Shown here: piece after piece, positions 29,813 through 38,367 of the stretch | Numbering within the stretch: the stretch's first letter is position 1 | How the letters are laid out: each line of letters begins with the position of its first letter | Assembly (NCBI GenBank): GCA_963665325.3 | Contig: CAXXWS020000003.1 | Coordinates: 480,001 to 544,000 of the forward strand | Direction of reading: 5' to 3' | DNA: 64,000 bases | Source: Alphaproteobacteria bacterium | GTDB lineage: Bacteria; Pseudomonadota; Alphaproteobacteria; Bin95 | Made by a program: the position numbers and the translations under genes | Notes under the pieces: generated by a model | Told to the model about the DNA's origin: nothing | Seen by the model: the letters and a program-made list of their open reading frames with translations, nothing else | Databases searched by the model: none

Positions 29813-30180
29813 AGTGTCACGATATGTCATGATATGTCATGTTTTGTCATGTTCCGCCGTTGCGGCGGCCTTTCCTCCAGCGCGTTTCGTTGCCTCGGCG
29901 TTCCCGCCCGCCGGGCCGGGAGCGCGGACCCTAGTTTCGCGCGTATCGCGCGGGCGGGCGGGCGCCCGACACGCGCCGGCGCGGTTCGCGCTCCTGATTG
30001 CGCGCACACGCGAGCCGGGCGCCGGACGCACCTCGCCTGTCCGTTCCATCGGGGTTTTTTTCGCGCCGGCGCGAAACGGAACGGCGCCGCGGACGCCGCT
30101 TCCTCCTGGCCCCATTCTAGCACAATTTCCCGGAGGTCAAGCCTCATTCCGGAATTATTTCGTGTATTGCGAACAAATCC
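29813..30180. other. Structured non-coding intergenic element (MITE/REP-like?)
   Basis: 10-bp periodic repeats TGTCAC/TGATA and TGTCATGTTT at the left end, perfect palindrome TTTCGCGCCGGCGCGAAA near 30060, no credible ORF. Confidence 0.4.
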
Positions 30181-30210
30181 GGGCATGACGGGAAACGGCC
30201 CCGCCCTCCG

Positions 30211-32166
30211 TCAGGCCTGCAGTTCCGGCCGGTTCCGGAAGAGGTCGAGCGCACCGGGGTTCTCCAGCGCCTCGACATTGGCGACAGGCCGCCCGTGCAC
30301 GGCGTCGCGCACCGCAAGCTCGACGATCTTGCCCGACCGCGTGCGCGGAATGTCGGCGACCTCCGCGATCACCGCCGGCACATGGCGCGGCGAGGCGTGC
30401 TCGCGGATGCGCCGGCGGATGCGGTCCCGGAGCCCGTCGTCGAGCGCCGCGCCGTCCGCAAGCCGCACGAACAGCACGATGCGCGTGTCCCCGTCCCATT
30501 CCTGGCCGATCGCCAGCGCCTCCTCCACCTCGCCCATCGACTCGGCCTCGCGGTAGATCTCCGCCGTGCCGATGCGCACCCCGCCCGGATTGAGCGTGGC
30601 GTCGGAGCGCCCGTAAATCACCATGCCGCCCGTCTCCGACGAGATCGAGGCGAAGTCGCCCTGGCACCAGATATCGGCGTAACGCGCGAAATAGGCCTCG
30701 CGGTAGCGCGCGCCGTCCGGGTCGTTCCAGAACATGACCGGCATGGAAGGGAAGGGCCGGGCGCAGACCAGCTCGCCCTTCTCGTCCAGCACGTCGCGCC
30801 CCGCGCCGTCGAACACGCGCACATCCATGCCGAGCTGCGGGGCCTGGATTTCGCCCCGGTGGACGGCGCCCAGCGGGTTGGCGCCGACGAAGCAGCCGCA
30901 AAGGTCGGTGCCGCCCGACATGGAGCCTAGAGCCAGGTCCGCCTTCACCCTGGCGTAGATATAGTCGTAGCTCTCCGGCGCGAGCGGCGAACCCGTTGTG
31001 AGGATCGTGCGCAGCCCGGCAAGCCGCCGCCCGTCCGCCGGCTCCACGCCCGCCTTGCGGACCGCGTCCACATATTTCGCCGACAGGCCGAGATGGGTGA
31101 TGCCCTCCTCCTCCGCGAAGTCCCAGAGCGCGTCCGGCCCGGGATGGAATGGCGAGCCGTCGTAGAGCATCAGCGCCGCGCCGAAGGCGAGGCCGCCCAG
31201 CAGCCAGTTCCACATCATCCAGCCGAGCGTGGTGAAGTAGAACACGCGGTCGCCGTCGCGGATATCGGCGTGCAGGCGGTGCTCCTTCAGGTTCATCGTC
31301 AGCGCGCCGCCCTGGCCGTGGACGATGCATTTCGGCTTCCCCGTCGTGCCCGAGGAATAGAGGATGAAGAGCGGGCGCTCGAAGGCCCCGCGGTTCCAGG
31401 CGATCGGGCCCGGCGCGAAGCCGCCCGCGAATTCCTCCAGCGACACTGCCTTCGGAACGGAGGAAATACCCGGTTTTTCAGCAAGATAGGGGATGACGAC
31501 GACCCGCTCGACCGTCGGCAGGCCGGCCGCGACCTCGGCCAGCTTCGCGCGTATGTCGTGGTCGCGCCCGGCATATTTGTAGCCGTCCACCGCGAACAGG
31601 ATGCGCGGCCCGATCTGGCCGAAGCGGTCGAGCACGCCCTCCGCGCCGAAATCGGGCGAGCAGGAGGAGAACGCCGCGCCCAGCGCCGCCGCCGCCGCCA
31701 TGACCGCCACCGATTCCGGCATGTTCGGCAGGAAGGCCGCCACCCGGTCGCCTTCGCCGATACCCGCCGCCGCCAGCGCCTGCGCGACGCGGGAGGTCTC
31801 CCCGTGGAGCCGGTCCCGCGACCAGGTGCGCCGCAGCCCGTCCTCGCGCCGGAAGACGATCGCCGCGGCCCCGCCGCGAAGCCGCAACAGGTTCTCGGCA
31901 TAGTTGAGCCGTGCGCGGGGAAAGAAGCGCGCCCCCGGCATCCGGTCCCCGTCCTCGATGAAGGGAGCGGTGCCCTTTTCGCCGACGATGCCGGCATCGT
32001 CCCAGACGAGGTCCCAGAAGGCGTCCGGCTCCTCGACCGACCAGCGGTGCAGCGCGGCGTAGCCGTTGGCGCCCGCGCCCTTCTCTTCATTGGCGCGGGC
32101 CATGAAGGCCGCAAGATTGCTCGCCGCCTTGCGCTCCGCGGACGGTTCCCACAGCAGGTTCGACAT
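30211..32166 (-). CDS. Acetoacetate--CoA ligase
   Basis: LWEPS, LNYAENLL, SSCSPDFG, YSSGTTGKPKCIVH, GWMMWNWL, GRSDATLNPGGVRIGTAEIY. Confidence 0.95.
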   Translation of the reverse strand: MSNLLWEPSAERKAASNLAAFMARANEEKGAGANGYAALHRWSVEEPDAFWDLVWDDAGIVGEKGTAPFIEDGDRMPGARFFPRARLNYAENLLRLRGGAAAIVFRREDGLRRTWSRDRLHGETSRVAQALAAAGIGEGDRVAAFLPNMPESVAVMAAAAALGAAFSSCSPDFGAEGVLDRFGQIGPRILFAVDGYKYAGRDHDIRAKLAEVAAGLPTVERVVVIPYLAEKPGISSVPKAVSLEEFAGGFAPGPIAWNRGAFERPLFILYSSGTTGKPKCIVHGQGGALTMNLKEHRLHADIRDGDRVFYFTTLGWMMWNWLLGGLAFGAALMLYDGSPFHPGPDALWDFAEEEGITHLGLSAKYVDAVRKAGVEPADGRRLAGLRTILTTGSPLAPESYDYIYARVKADLALGSMSGGTDLCGCFVGANPLGAVHRGEIQAPQLGMDVRVFDGAGRDVLDEKGELVCARPFPSMPVMFWNDPDGARYREAYFARYADIWCQGDFASISSETGGMVIYGRSDATLNPGGVRIGTAEIYREAESMGEVEEALAIGQEWDGDTRIVLFVRLADGAALDDGLRDRIRRRIREHASPRHVPAVIAEVADIPRTRSGKIVELAVRDAVHGRPVANVEALENPGALDLFRNRPELQA

Positions 32167-32329
32167 GCCTCGCGCGCCTCGGTGACGGGACAGGGGGCCG
32201 GAGCAAACGATAGCCGCTCGCGCCGGAGGGCGAAACCTCGCCGGGCTGGCCCTCTCCCATCCTCTCCCGCAAGCGGACTACCGGATTCACACATCTGCCT
32301 GCGGTGGCTGCGCGTTGCATGTCCCCCAA

Positions 32330-32464
32330 ATCGTCACCCCGGACTTGATCCGGGGTCCATCCCTGACTGTTAGCGCCCGCCGCAGCCGTTCGAGGCAGGA
32401 TTTAGCCGCTTGCGGCCGCCGAAAGAGCCGGAGCTGGACCCCGGATCAAGTCCGGGGTGACGAT
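32330..32464. repeat. REP/RPE-like palindromic element
   Basis: 30-bp perfect IR ATCGTCACCCCGGACTTGATCCGGGGTCCA ... TGGACCCCGGATCAAGTCCGGGGTGACGAT, each arm itself a hairpin; a related remnant lies at about 32531-32556. Confidence 0.85.
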
Positions 32465-32585
32465 CTTGGAGCAGACCGCGGCCGTTCGCCGTCGGAAGGG
32501 CAGCGTAAAACCCGACAAATCCGATTTCGTCACACGCGCCTTCGCGGGGGTGACGGTTGCGCGGCCGGGCGGCCGGGCTTCGCCG

Positions 32586-33215
32586 CTACTGGCTGGCCCA
32601 GACGATGCGGGCGATCCAGTCCAGATCGGAGCGGGCCATGCTGCGGTCCTCGTGCGCGGGGTTGAAGGAGCGCAGCTCCACCCGGCGCGCGGTCAGCCGC
32701 GCGAGCCATTTCGCCAGCACCTCGCCCTCGCGGGTGCGCGCCACCACGCGGTCGCCCCGGCGCAGGCTCGCCGCCGGCGACACCACCACGATGTCCCCGT
32801 CGCGGTAGACCGGCTCGATGCTGTCGCCCGCGATCTCCAGCGCATAGGCGTTCGGGTCGCCCAGGCCCGGGAAGGCCACCTCGTCCCAGCCCGCGCCCAC
32901 CGGGTAGCCGGCATCGTCGAAAAAGCCGTTGCCGCCCGCCTGGGCATGGCCGATCACCGGGATGGTGTGCGCCGGCGCCCCCTCGCGGCGAAGCTGATCG
33001 GCAAAGAGGCCCGACACGCCGGAGCCGGTCGCCGCCATCGCCTTGGAGATGCTCTCCGTGCTGGGCCAGCGCGGGCGTCCGCCCCTGGTGGTGCGCTTGC
33101 TGCGGTTGAAGGTGGTCGGGTCCAGTCCCGAGCGCCTGGCGAGGCCGGATGCGGACAGACCGTTACGATCCGCCAGGGCGTCGAGGGCGGCCCAGACGTC
33201 GGAATGAGTCAGCAT
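32586..33215 (-). CDS. HTH + S24 peptidase (CI/LexA-like) repressor
   Basis: MLTHSDVWAALDALA..SGLARRSGLDPTTFNRSKR..RWPSTESI HTH; Ala-Gly site (HAQAGG), Ser (GDSIEP) and Lys (LAKWL) of S24 retained; divergent from the phage-like genes. Confidence 0.92.
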   Translation of the reverse strand: MLTHSDVWAALDALADRNGLSASGLARRSGLDPTTFNRSKRTTRGGRPRWPSTESISKAMAATGSGVSGLFADQLRREGAPAHTIPVIGHAQAGGNGFFDDAGYPVGAGWDEVAFPGLGDPNAYALEIAGDSIEPVYRDGDIVVVSPAASLRRGDRVVARTREGEVLAKWLARLTARRVELRSFNPAHEDRSMARSDLDWIARIVWASQ

Positions 33216-33279
33216 GATGCTCATTTACGCATAATTCCGCTTGACATGCACTAGGAATATGACCATATCCTCGTGCGTA

Positions 33280-33294
33280 GAACAAATCTCGAAC
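33280..33294 (+). promoter_or_regulatory. LexA (SOS) box, alphaproteobacterial type
   Basis: GAAC-AAATCTC-GAAC (GAAC-N7-GAAC) between TTGACA (33241) and ATG 33309. Confidence 0.75.
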
Positions 33295-33308
33295 ATGAAG
33301 AGGGATTC

Positions 33309-33662
33309 ATGCCTGTTTCCAGTCATTCACCTAATTCTCCCGCCGGCGAGGCGCCGTTCCGCAGTGCCGAGGAAGCCTGGTTCTGGTTCATGTCATGGCG
33401 TCTCATGGTCGAGGACGGCGGCACGCCCGGCTATGACGGCCGGGGCCGGCCGTGCATGCCGCTCGACATGTTGGCCTGCCTGCGCCGGCTCGTAAAGCCC
33501 GGCGGGCTCACCCGGCTCCAATTGAAGGTGCTGGCCAGGTTCGGCCGCCGTCTCGAAGCCCCCGGACACGGGCCGCTCGCCCGGCTCTGGGAGGACGCCA
33601 TGGCGCGGCTCGACGAGCTGTTGCGCGACAAGGGCATCGTCAGCAGGAGGCACGCAGCATGA
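33309..33662 (+). CDS. Hypothetical protein heading the phage-like operon (possible regulator)
   Basis: PFRSAEEAWFWF..RPC.PLD..LW.DAM.RL..LL..KGIV; stop overlaps the next ATG. Confidence 0.75.
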   Translation: MPVSSHSPNSPAGEAPFRSAEEAWFWFMSWRLMVEDGGTPGYDGRGRPCMPLDMLACLRRLVKPGGLTRLQLKVLARFGRRLEAPGHGPLARLWEDAMARLDELLRDKGIVSRRHAA

Positions 33663-34180
33663 CCGCCGCGCCGAACGCGGCGAATGGTGACGATGGCGCG
33701 CGCAACGCGGCGAACAGCAACGACGCCGCGCGCAACGCGGCGAACGGTAACGCCGCCGCGCCGAACGCGGCGAACAGTGACGCCGCCGCGCACAACGCGG
33801 CGAACAACAACGATAACGGCGGACGGGCGCTCGCCGTGTTCTCCGGCAGGGCGGACCTCTGCTGGCTCAGGCTGCTCCGGCCCGGCTTCCGTCATTGCTT
33901 CGTTGCGCTGGAGGAAGCCGGGCGGTGGATCACGGTCGATCCGCTGGCCGGCTACACCGATGTCGCCGTGCAGCCCGTACCGGCGGCCTTCGACCTCGCC
34001 GGCTTCTACCGCGAGCAGGGCTTCACGGTGGTGGAAACGCGCCGCCGCCGGCGCATCCGGCCCGCGCCGCTGCTGCCCGCCACCTGCGTCGAGGTGGCCA
34101 AGCGGGTGCTCGGAATCGCCTCCTGGCGCGTGATGACGCCGGGCCAGCTTCACGATTTCCTGCTCCGAAAGAGGAAATAA
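33659..34180 (+). CDS. Putative permuted papain/NlpC-P60-like protein with N-terminal repeats
   Basis: His-before-Cys order: GFRHCF ... TCVEVAKRVLG ... TPGQLH; five N-terminal 10-aa NAAN repeats. Confidence 0.65.
   Translation: MTAAPNAANGDDGARNAANSNDAARNAANGNAAAPNAANSDAAAHNAANNNDNGGRALAVFSGRADLCWLRLLRPGFRHCFVALEEAGRWITVDPLAGYTDVAVQPVPAAFDLAGFYREQGFTVVETRRRRRIRPAPLLPATCVEVAKRVLGIASWRVMTPGQLHDFLLRKRK
33661..33810. repeat. 30-bp tandem repeat x5 (palindromic core)
   Basis: Core CGCCGCG(C)NNAACGCGGCGAA every 30 bp, in frame. Confidence 0.9.
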
Positions 34181-34227
34181 ATCTCCTAATATCTCGACAA
34201 ACGAGAAACATGGCGTAAGATGCACTT

Positions 34228-34242
34228 GAACATGGAGAGAAC
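34228..34242 (+). promoter_or_regulatory. Second LexA (SOS) box, immediately upstream of the portal gene
   Basis: GAAC-ATGGAGA-GAAC overlapping the GGAG RBS, ending 4 bp before ATG 34247. Confidence 0.7.
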
Positions 34243-34246
34243 AAGC

Positions 34247-35848
34247 ATGAGCCTGGAAACACCCGACCCGGAAGCGCTGCTCGAAGGCTACCGCCGCGCG
34301 GAGGCCCGGCGGCGGCCCTGGGAGGCGCTGTGGCGCGATTGCGCCACCCATGCACTGCCGGGCGGAACGGCGGTCGCGGCACGGACCTACGACGCGACGG
34401 CCGCCGACGCCGCCGAACAGCTTGCCGCCAGCCTGCTCGCGGAACTGACGCCGCCCTTCGAGCGCTGGGTCGGTTTCGAGCCGGGGGGCGAGGCGGGCCC
34501 GGACGCGGTCGATGCGCTGGAGGAAGCCGCGGCCGCCGTGCAGGGCCATCTCGACCGCTCCGCCTTCGCGGTCGAGATGCACCAGGCGCTGCTCGACCTC
34601 GTGGTGTTCGGCACGGGCTGCCTGCTGTTCGAGGAGAGCGCGCTCGGCCGGGCCTCGGCCTTCCGCTTCACCGCGGTGCCGCTCGCGGAGACGGTGCTGG
34701 AGGAGGGGGCGGAAGGCCGGCTCGTCCGGGTCTGGCGGCGGCGGGAGCTTGGCCCGGCCGCGCTGAGGGAACGCTTTCCCCGCGTGCCCGTCCTGAATGG
34801 AGAGGGGCCGTTCGGCGTGGTCGAGCGCGTCGCGCCGGAGGCAGGAGGCGGCGCCGACGCCGCCAGTTCGATGAATCGCCGCGTTATGCGCGGCGGCGCC
34901 GACGCCGCCAGTTCGATGAATCGCCGCGTTATGCGCGGCGGCGCCGACGCCGCCAGTTCGATGAATCGCCGCGTTATGCGCGGCGGCGCCGACGCCGCCA
35001 GTTCGATGAATCGCCGCGTTATGCGCGGCGGCTACCGCTACCTCGCCGTGCTGGAAGGCGGCGGCGGGCGGGCGGCGCAGGTGCTGGCCGAGGGCCGGTT
35101 CGCCGTCTCGCCCTTCGTGTGCTTCCGCTGGCTAAAGGCGCCGGGGGAGATCTATGGACGCTCGCCGGTGATGAAGGCGCTGCCCGACATCAAGACCGCC
35201 GACAAGGTGGTGGAACTCATCCTGAAGAACGCCTCGATCGCCGCGACCGGCATCTGGCAGGCGGACGATGACGGCGTGCTCGACCCGACGGCGGTGGAGC
35301 TGGTGCCGGGCGCGGTGATGCCCAAGGCGGTCGGCTCGGCGGGCCTCACGCCGCTCGCCGCGCCGGGGCGCTTCGACGTTTCGCAGCTCGTGCTGGAGGA
35401 TTTGCGCAAGCGTATCCGCCACGCGCTGCTCGCCGACCGGCTGGCCGAGCCCGCGAGCCCGGCCATGACCGCGACCGAGGTGCTGGAGCGCGCGGCGGAA
35501 ACGGCAAGGCTGCTGGGCGCGACATACGGGCGGCTGGAGGCCGAACTGCTGACGCCGCTGATCGAGCGCGCGCTGGCGATCCTCGCCCGGCGCGGCGAGG
35601 TGCCGGCCTTCGCGCTGGACGGGCGCGACGCGGGACTTCGCCTTCGCTCGCCGCTGGCCCAGGCGGCCGGGCGGCGCGAGGCGGGGGCAGCGCTCACCTG
35701 GCTCGGCGCGGTGGCGGGGCTCGGGCCGCAGGCGCTGGCGGCGGTCGATACCGCGCGGGCCGCGCGCTGGCTCGGCGCCCGCCTCGGTGTGCCGCCCGCC
35801 CTGCTGGAGCCGCCGGACCTGCTGCCGGAAACGCCTCTCCTGGAGTAG
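34247..35848 (+). CDS. Phage portal / head-tail connector (T7 gp8-like)
   Basis: YDATAADAAEQLAASL..LTPP..RW, LLDLVVFGTG, FRW.KAPGEIYGRSP..KALPDIK, MTATEVLER, GATYGRLEAELL.PLI.R. Confidence 0.93.
   Translation: MSLETPDPEALLEGYRRAEARRRPWEALWRDCATHALPGGTAVAARTYDATAADAAEQLAASLLAELTPPFERWVGFEPGGEAGPDAVDALEEAAAAVQGHLDRSAFAVEMHQALLDLVVFGTGCLLFEESALGRASAFRFTAVPLAETVLEEGAEGRLVRVWRRRELGPAALRERFPRVPVLNGEGPFGVVERVAPEAGGGADAASSMNRRVMRGGADAASSMNRRVMRGGADAASSMNRRVMRGGADAASSMNRRVMRGGYRYLAVLEGGGGRAAQVLAEGRFAVSPFVCFRWLKAPGEIYGRSPVMKALPDIKTADKVVELILKNASIAATGIWQADDDGVLDPTAVELVPGAVMPKAVGSAGLTPLAAPGRFDVSQLVLEDLRKRIRHALLADRLAEPASPAMTATEVLERAAETARLLGATYGRLEAELLTPLIERALAILARRGEVPAFALDGRDAGLRLRSPLAQAAGRREAGAALTWLGAVAGLGPQALAAVDTARAARWLGARLGVPPALLEPPDLLPETPLLE
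34847..35032. repeat. 45-bp perfect tandem repeat x4 inside the portal gene
   Basis: GGCGGCGCCGACGCCGCCAGTTCGATGAATCGCCGCGTTATGCGC x4, encoding GGADAASSMNRRVMR. Confidence 0.95.
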
Positions 35849-35882
35849 CCGGCGAACTATACGACTGGCGGCGTCGGCGCCG

Positions 35883-36128
35883 CTATTCGGCCGGGGCGGC
35901 GGGCTGTTCGTTGCGCCGCACGATATAGCCTTCGAGGAAGTCCATCTTGCCTTCGATCCGGCTCAGGCGGTCGCGGATCTCCCGAAGTTCCGCCTCGATG
36001 CGGTCCATGCGGGCGCTGAGGCTGTTTTCCACGCCGTCGATGCGGGCGCCGAGACTGCGCTGGCCCTGAAGTATCAGGCCGGCGAGCGCGATGCCGACGG
36101 CAAGGGTCGCGATGAGTTCCGGAGTCAA
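35883..36128 (-). CDS. Small TM + coiled-coil protein inserted antisense in the phage-like operon
   Basis: GGAGGAG RBS plus TTG; TPELIATLAVGIALAGLIL (TM) then heptads RIDGVE..RMDRIEAELREIRDRLSRIEGKM. Confidence 0.7.
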   Translation of the reverse strand: MTPELIATLAVGIALAGLILQGQRSLGARIDGVENSLSARMDRIEAELREIRDRLSRIEGKMDFLEGYIVRRNEQPAAPAE

Positions 36129-36249
36129 GGGGCTCCTCCCCAACCGGCCGGGCAGGCCCGGCAACACTTTCGCCCGAGCGGGCGGCTCCTCCGGGGGCCG
36201 CCCGTTTTCTTTCAACCCTTTCTTCCGACGAAACTGGAGACAGACACAA

Positions 36250-36924
36250 GTGGAAACGGAGACCGAAACCGAAATGGAGGCACCGGCCCGGCCGGACGGC
36301 CTTCCGGACGAATTCTGGGACGCGGAGGCCGGCAGCGTCCGGCTCGACGAGCTGGTCGGCGCCTACGGGACGCTGGCTTCTGCGGAGCGCGCACCCGCAA
36401 GCCCGGAGGACTATGCGCTCGAACTGGACGGGCTGCTCGGCGGCCCGGACGCCGAGGCCAACCGGCGGATGCACGAAGCCGGCTTCACCAACGCGCAGGC
36501 GCAGCTTGTCTACGACATGGCGTCCTCGCTGCTGCTGCCGCTGGCGGGCGAGGTCGCGGGCGAGCTGGAGCGGGGCGAGCGCCAAGCCCGGCTGGCGGAC
36601 CGCTATGGCGGCGAGGACGGATGGCGGCGCGCGAAGGGCCAGATGGAGGCCTGGGCGGCCGCCAACCTGCCCGCCGGCGTGGCCGGGGCGCTTACCGGCT
36701 CGGTCGAGGGCGCGGCCGCGCTCGAACGGCTGATGGATGCGGGCGAGCCCGGCCTCGGCGGTCATGGCGGCGAAAGGCCGGGCGGCGCGGTGACGCTCGA
36801 CGGCCTGCGCCGGCTCCAGGGCGATCCCCGTTACTGGCGCGACCGCGACCCCGCCCTCGTCCGGCAGGTCATGGAGGGCTACCGGCGCCTCTACCCCGAC
36901 GCCGGCGAGGACGCCGGAATCTGA
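36250..36924 (+). CDS. Capsid assembly scaffolding protein (T7 gp9-like position)
   Basis: RPDGLPDEFWDAEAG, acidic helical body, C-terminal DPRYWRDRDPALVRQV.EGY.RLYP; lies between portal and capsid; start uncertain (36250 GTG or 36274 ATG). Confidence 0.8.
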   Translation: METETETEMEAPARPDGLPDEFWDAEAGSVRLDELVGAYGTLASAERAPASPEDYALELDGLLGGPDAEANRRMHEAGFTNAQAQLVYDMASSLLLPLAGEVAGELERGERQARLADRYGGEDGWRRAKGQMEAWAAANLPAGVAGALTGSVEGAAALERLMDAGEPGLGGHGGERPGGAVTLDGLRRLQGDPRYWRDRDPALVRQVMEGYRRLYPDAGEDAGI

Positions 36925-36997
36925 CAATTCGCCGCGTTCTGCGCGGCGACGGCGAGGACGCCGGAATCTGACAATTCGCCGCGTTCTGCGCGGCGAC
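36904..36997. repeat. 47-bp direct duplication spanning the scaffold stop codon
   Basis: GGCGAGGACGCCGGAATCTGACAATTCGCCGCGTTCTGCGCGGCGAC x2. Confidence 0.9.
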
Positions 36998-37068
36998 GGC
37001 GACGACGGGTCCTGATGCGGACCCGGCACACACGCAAACCCTGAAACCGCAACAGGAGGACAGGCAAC

Positions 37069-37887
37069 ATGCCCGTCGATCTTTCCCCTTCCTTCATCAA
37101 GGCGTTCGAGGGCGAAGTCCACAGCGCCTACCAGCGCCAGGGCTCGAAGCTCCGCGACACGGTGCGCACCCGGCGCGGCGTCATGGGCTCCAGCGTCACC
37201 TTCCGCAAGGTCGGGCGCGGCGCCGCATCCACCAAGGCCCGGCACGGCCAGATCCCGGTGATGAATGTCGATCACGCCGCCATCGAATGCCAGCTCAGGG
37301 ACTATTACGCCGGTGAATGGGTTGACCGGCTCGACGACCTGAAGATCGGCGGCGGCGAGCGCGACACGGTCGCCAAGGCAGGCGCCTATGCGCTCGGCCG
37401 CAAGACCGACCGGCTCGTCGCCGCGGCGCTCGACGGCTCGACGAACTTCGCCGGCGCCGACACGGACGGGCTGACGAAGGCAAAGGTGCTCACCGCCTTC
37501 GAGATGCTCGGCCAGGCCGACGTGCCGGACGACGGCGAGCGCACGTCCGTCATCGGCTGGAAGCAGTGGTCGGACCTCATGAAGATCGAGGAGTTCGCCA
37601 ATGCCGATTATGTGGGGGCGGAAGACCTGCCCTGGCGCGGCACCCAGGCGAAGCGCTGGCTCGGCACGCTCTGGCTGCCGCATTCGGGGCTGACGCTCGA
37701 TGGCTCGGTCCGGCTCTGCCACTGGTACCACAAGAGCGCGGTCGGCCACGCCGCCGGCGCGGAAGTCACCACCGACATCACCTGGCACGGCGACCGCGCC
37801 GCCTGGTTCGTCGCCAACTGGATGAGCCAGGGCGCCGTGTCGATCGACGCCGAGGGCGTCGTGACCATGCGCTGCCTCGAAGACTGA
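37069..37887 (+). CDS. Major capsid protein
   Basis: SFIKAFEGEVHSAYQRQGSKLR.TV, DYYAGEWVDRLD, AGAYALGRKTD, WLGTLW.PHSGL, MSQGAVSID..GV; strong AGGAG RBS. Confidence 0.92.
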   Translation: MPVDLSPSFIKAFEGEVHSAYQRQGSKLRDTVRTRRGVMGSSVTFRKVGRGAASTKARHGQIPVMNVDHAAIECQLRDYYAGEWVDRLDDLKIGGGERDTVAKAGAYALGRKTDRLVAAALDGSTNFAGADTDGLTKAKVLTAFEMLGQADVPDDGERTSVIGWKQWSDLMKIEEFANADYVGAEDLPWRGTQAKRWLGTLWLPHSGLTLDGSVRLCHWYHKSAVGHAAGAEVTTDITWHGDRAAWFVANWMSQGAVSIDAEGVVTMRCLED

Positions 37888-37916
37888 CCGCAACGACAGG
37901 GAGACAACGCCAGGCA

Positions 37917-38276
37917 ATGGCTTTCAAATCCGCAAACCTCTCCGTGCTGGCCTATGCCAACGGATTCACCTTCTGGCACTACAAGTCCGCCGGAGACACG
38001 AACGGCGACATGACCGGCGCCGGCTATTTCGACGCCGCCGCGGACCTGCTGCGCCCGGGCGACATGCTGGCGCTCAACAGCGCGGACGACGACGCGGCGC
38101 TGGTCCGCGTGTCGTCCAACCGCAACGGCCGGGTCGCGGTTGGCTTCACCACCGACTGGGAGACCCAGGCGGCGGTCGCCGATGCCGACGGCGGCTCCAC
38201 CATCGATGCCGAGGCGCGCGCGGCGGTCAACGCCATCATCCGCGCGCTCGAACGGGTGGGTGTGCTCGCCGCCTGA
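37917..38276 (+). CDS. Putative capsid decoration / head-fibre protein
   Basis: NLSVLAYANGFTFWHY..GYFDAAADLLRPGD; C-terminal TIDAEARAAVNAIIRALERVGVL helix; directly after the capsid gene. Confidence 0.6.
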   Translation: MAFKSANLSVLAYANGFTFWHYKSAGDTNGDMTGAGYFDAAADLLRPGDMLALNSADDDAALVRVSSNRNGRVAVGFTTDWETQAAVADADGGSTIDAEARAAVNAIIRALERVGVLAA

Positions 38277-38367
38277 CGCCAGCCGGGGGTTCGCCCCCGG
38301 TCCCCGACCTTCCCCGCCCCCTCTCCCTCGCGGAGAGGGGGCTTTTGCCTGAAAGGAGGCTGCCTTC

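Noticed and set aside
33661-33810. Mini-CRISPR-like repeat with variable linkers
   Set aside because: Variable parts are only about 9 bp and related to each other; this is a degenerate coding tandem repeat.
34847-35032. Possible CRISPR array
   Set aside because: Units are identical and contiguous with no spacers, lie in frame inside the portal gene, and no cas genes are present.
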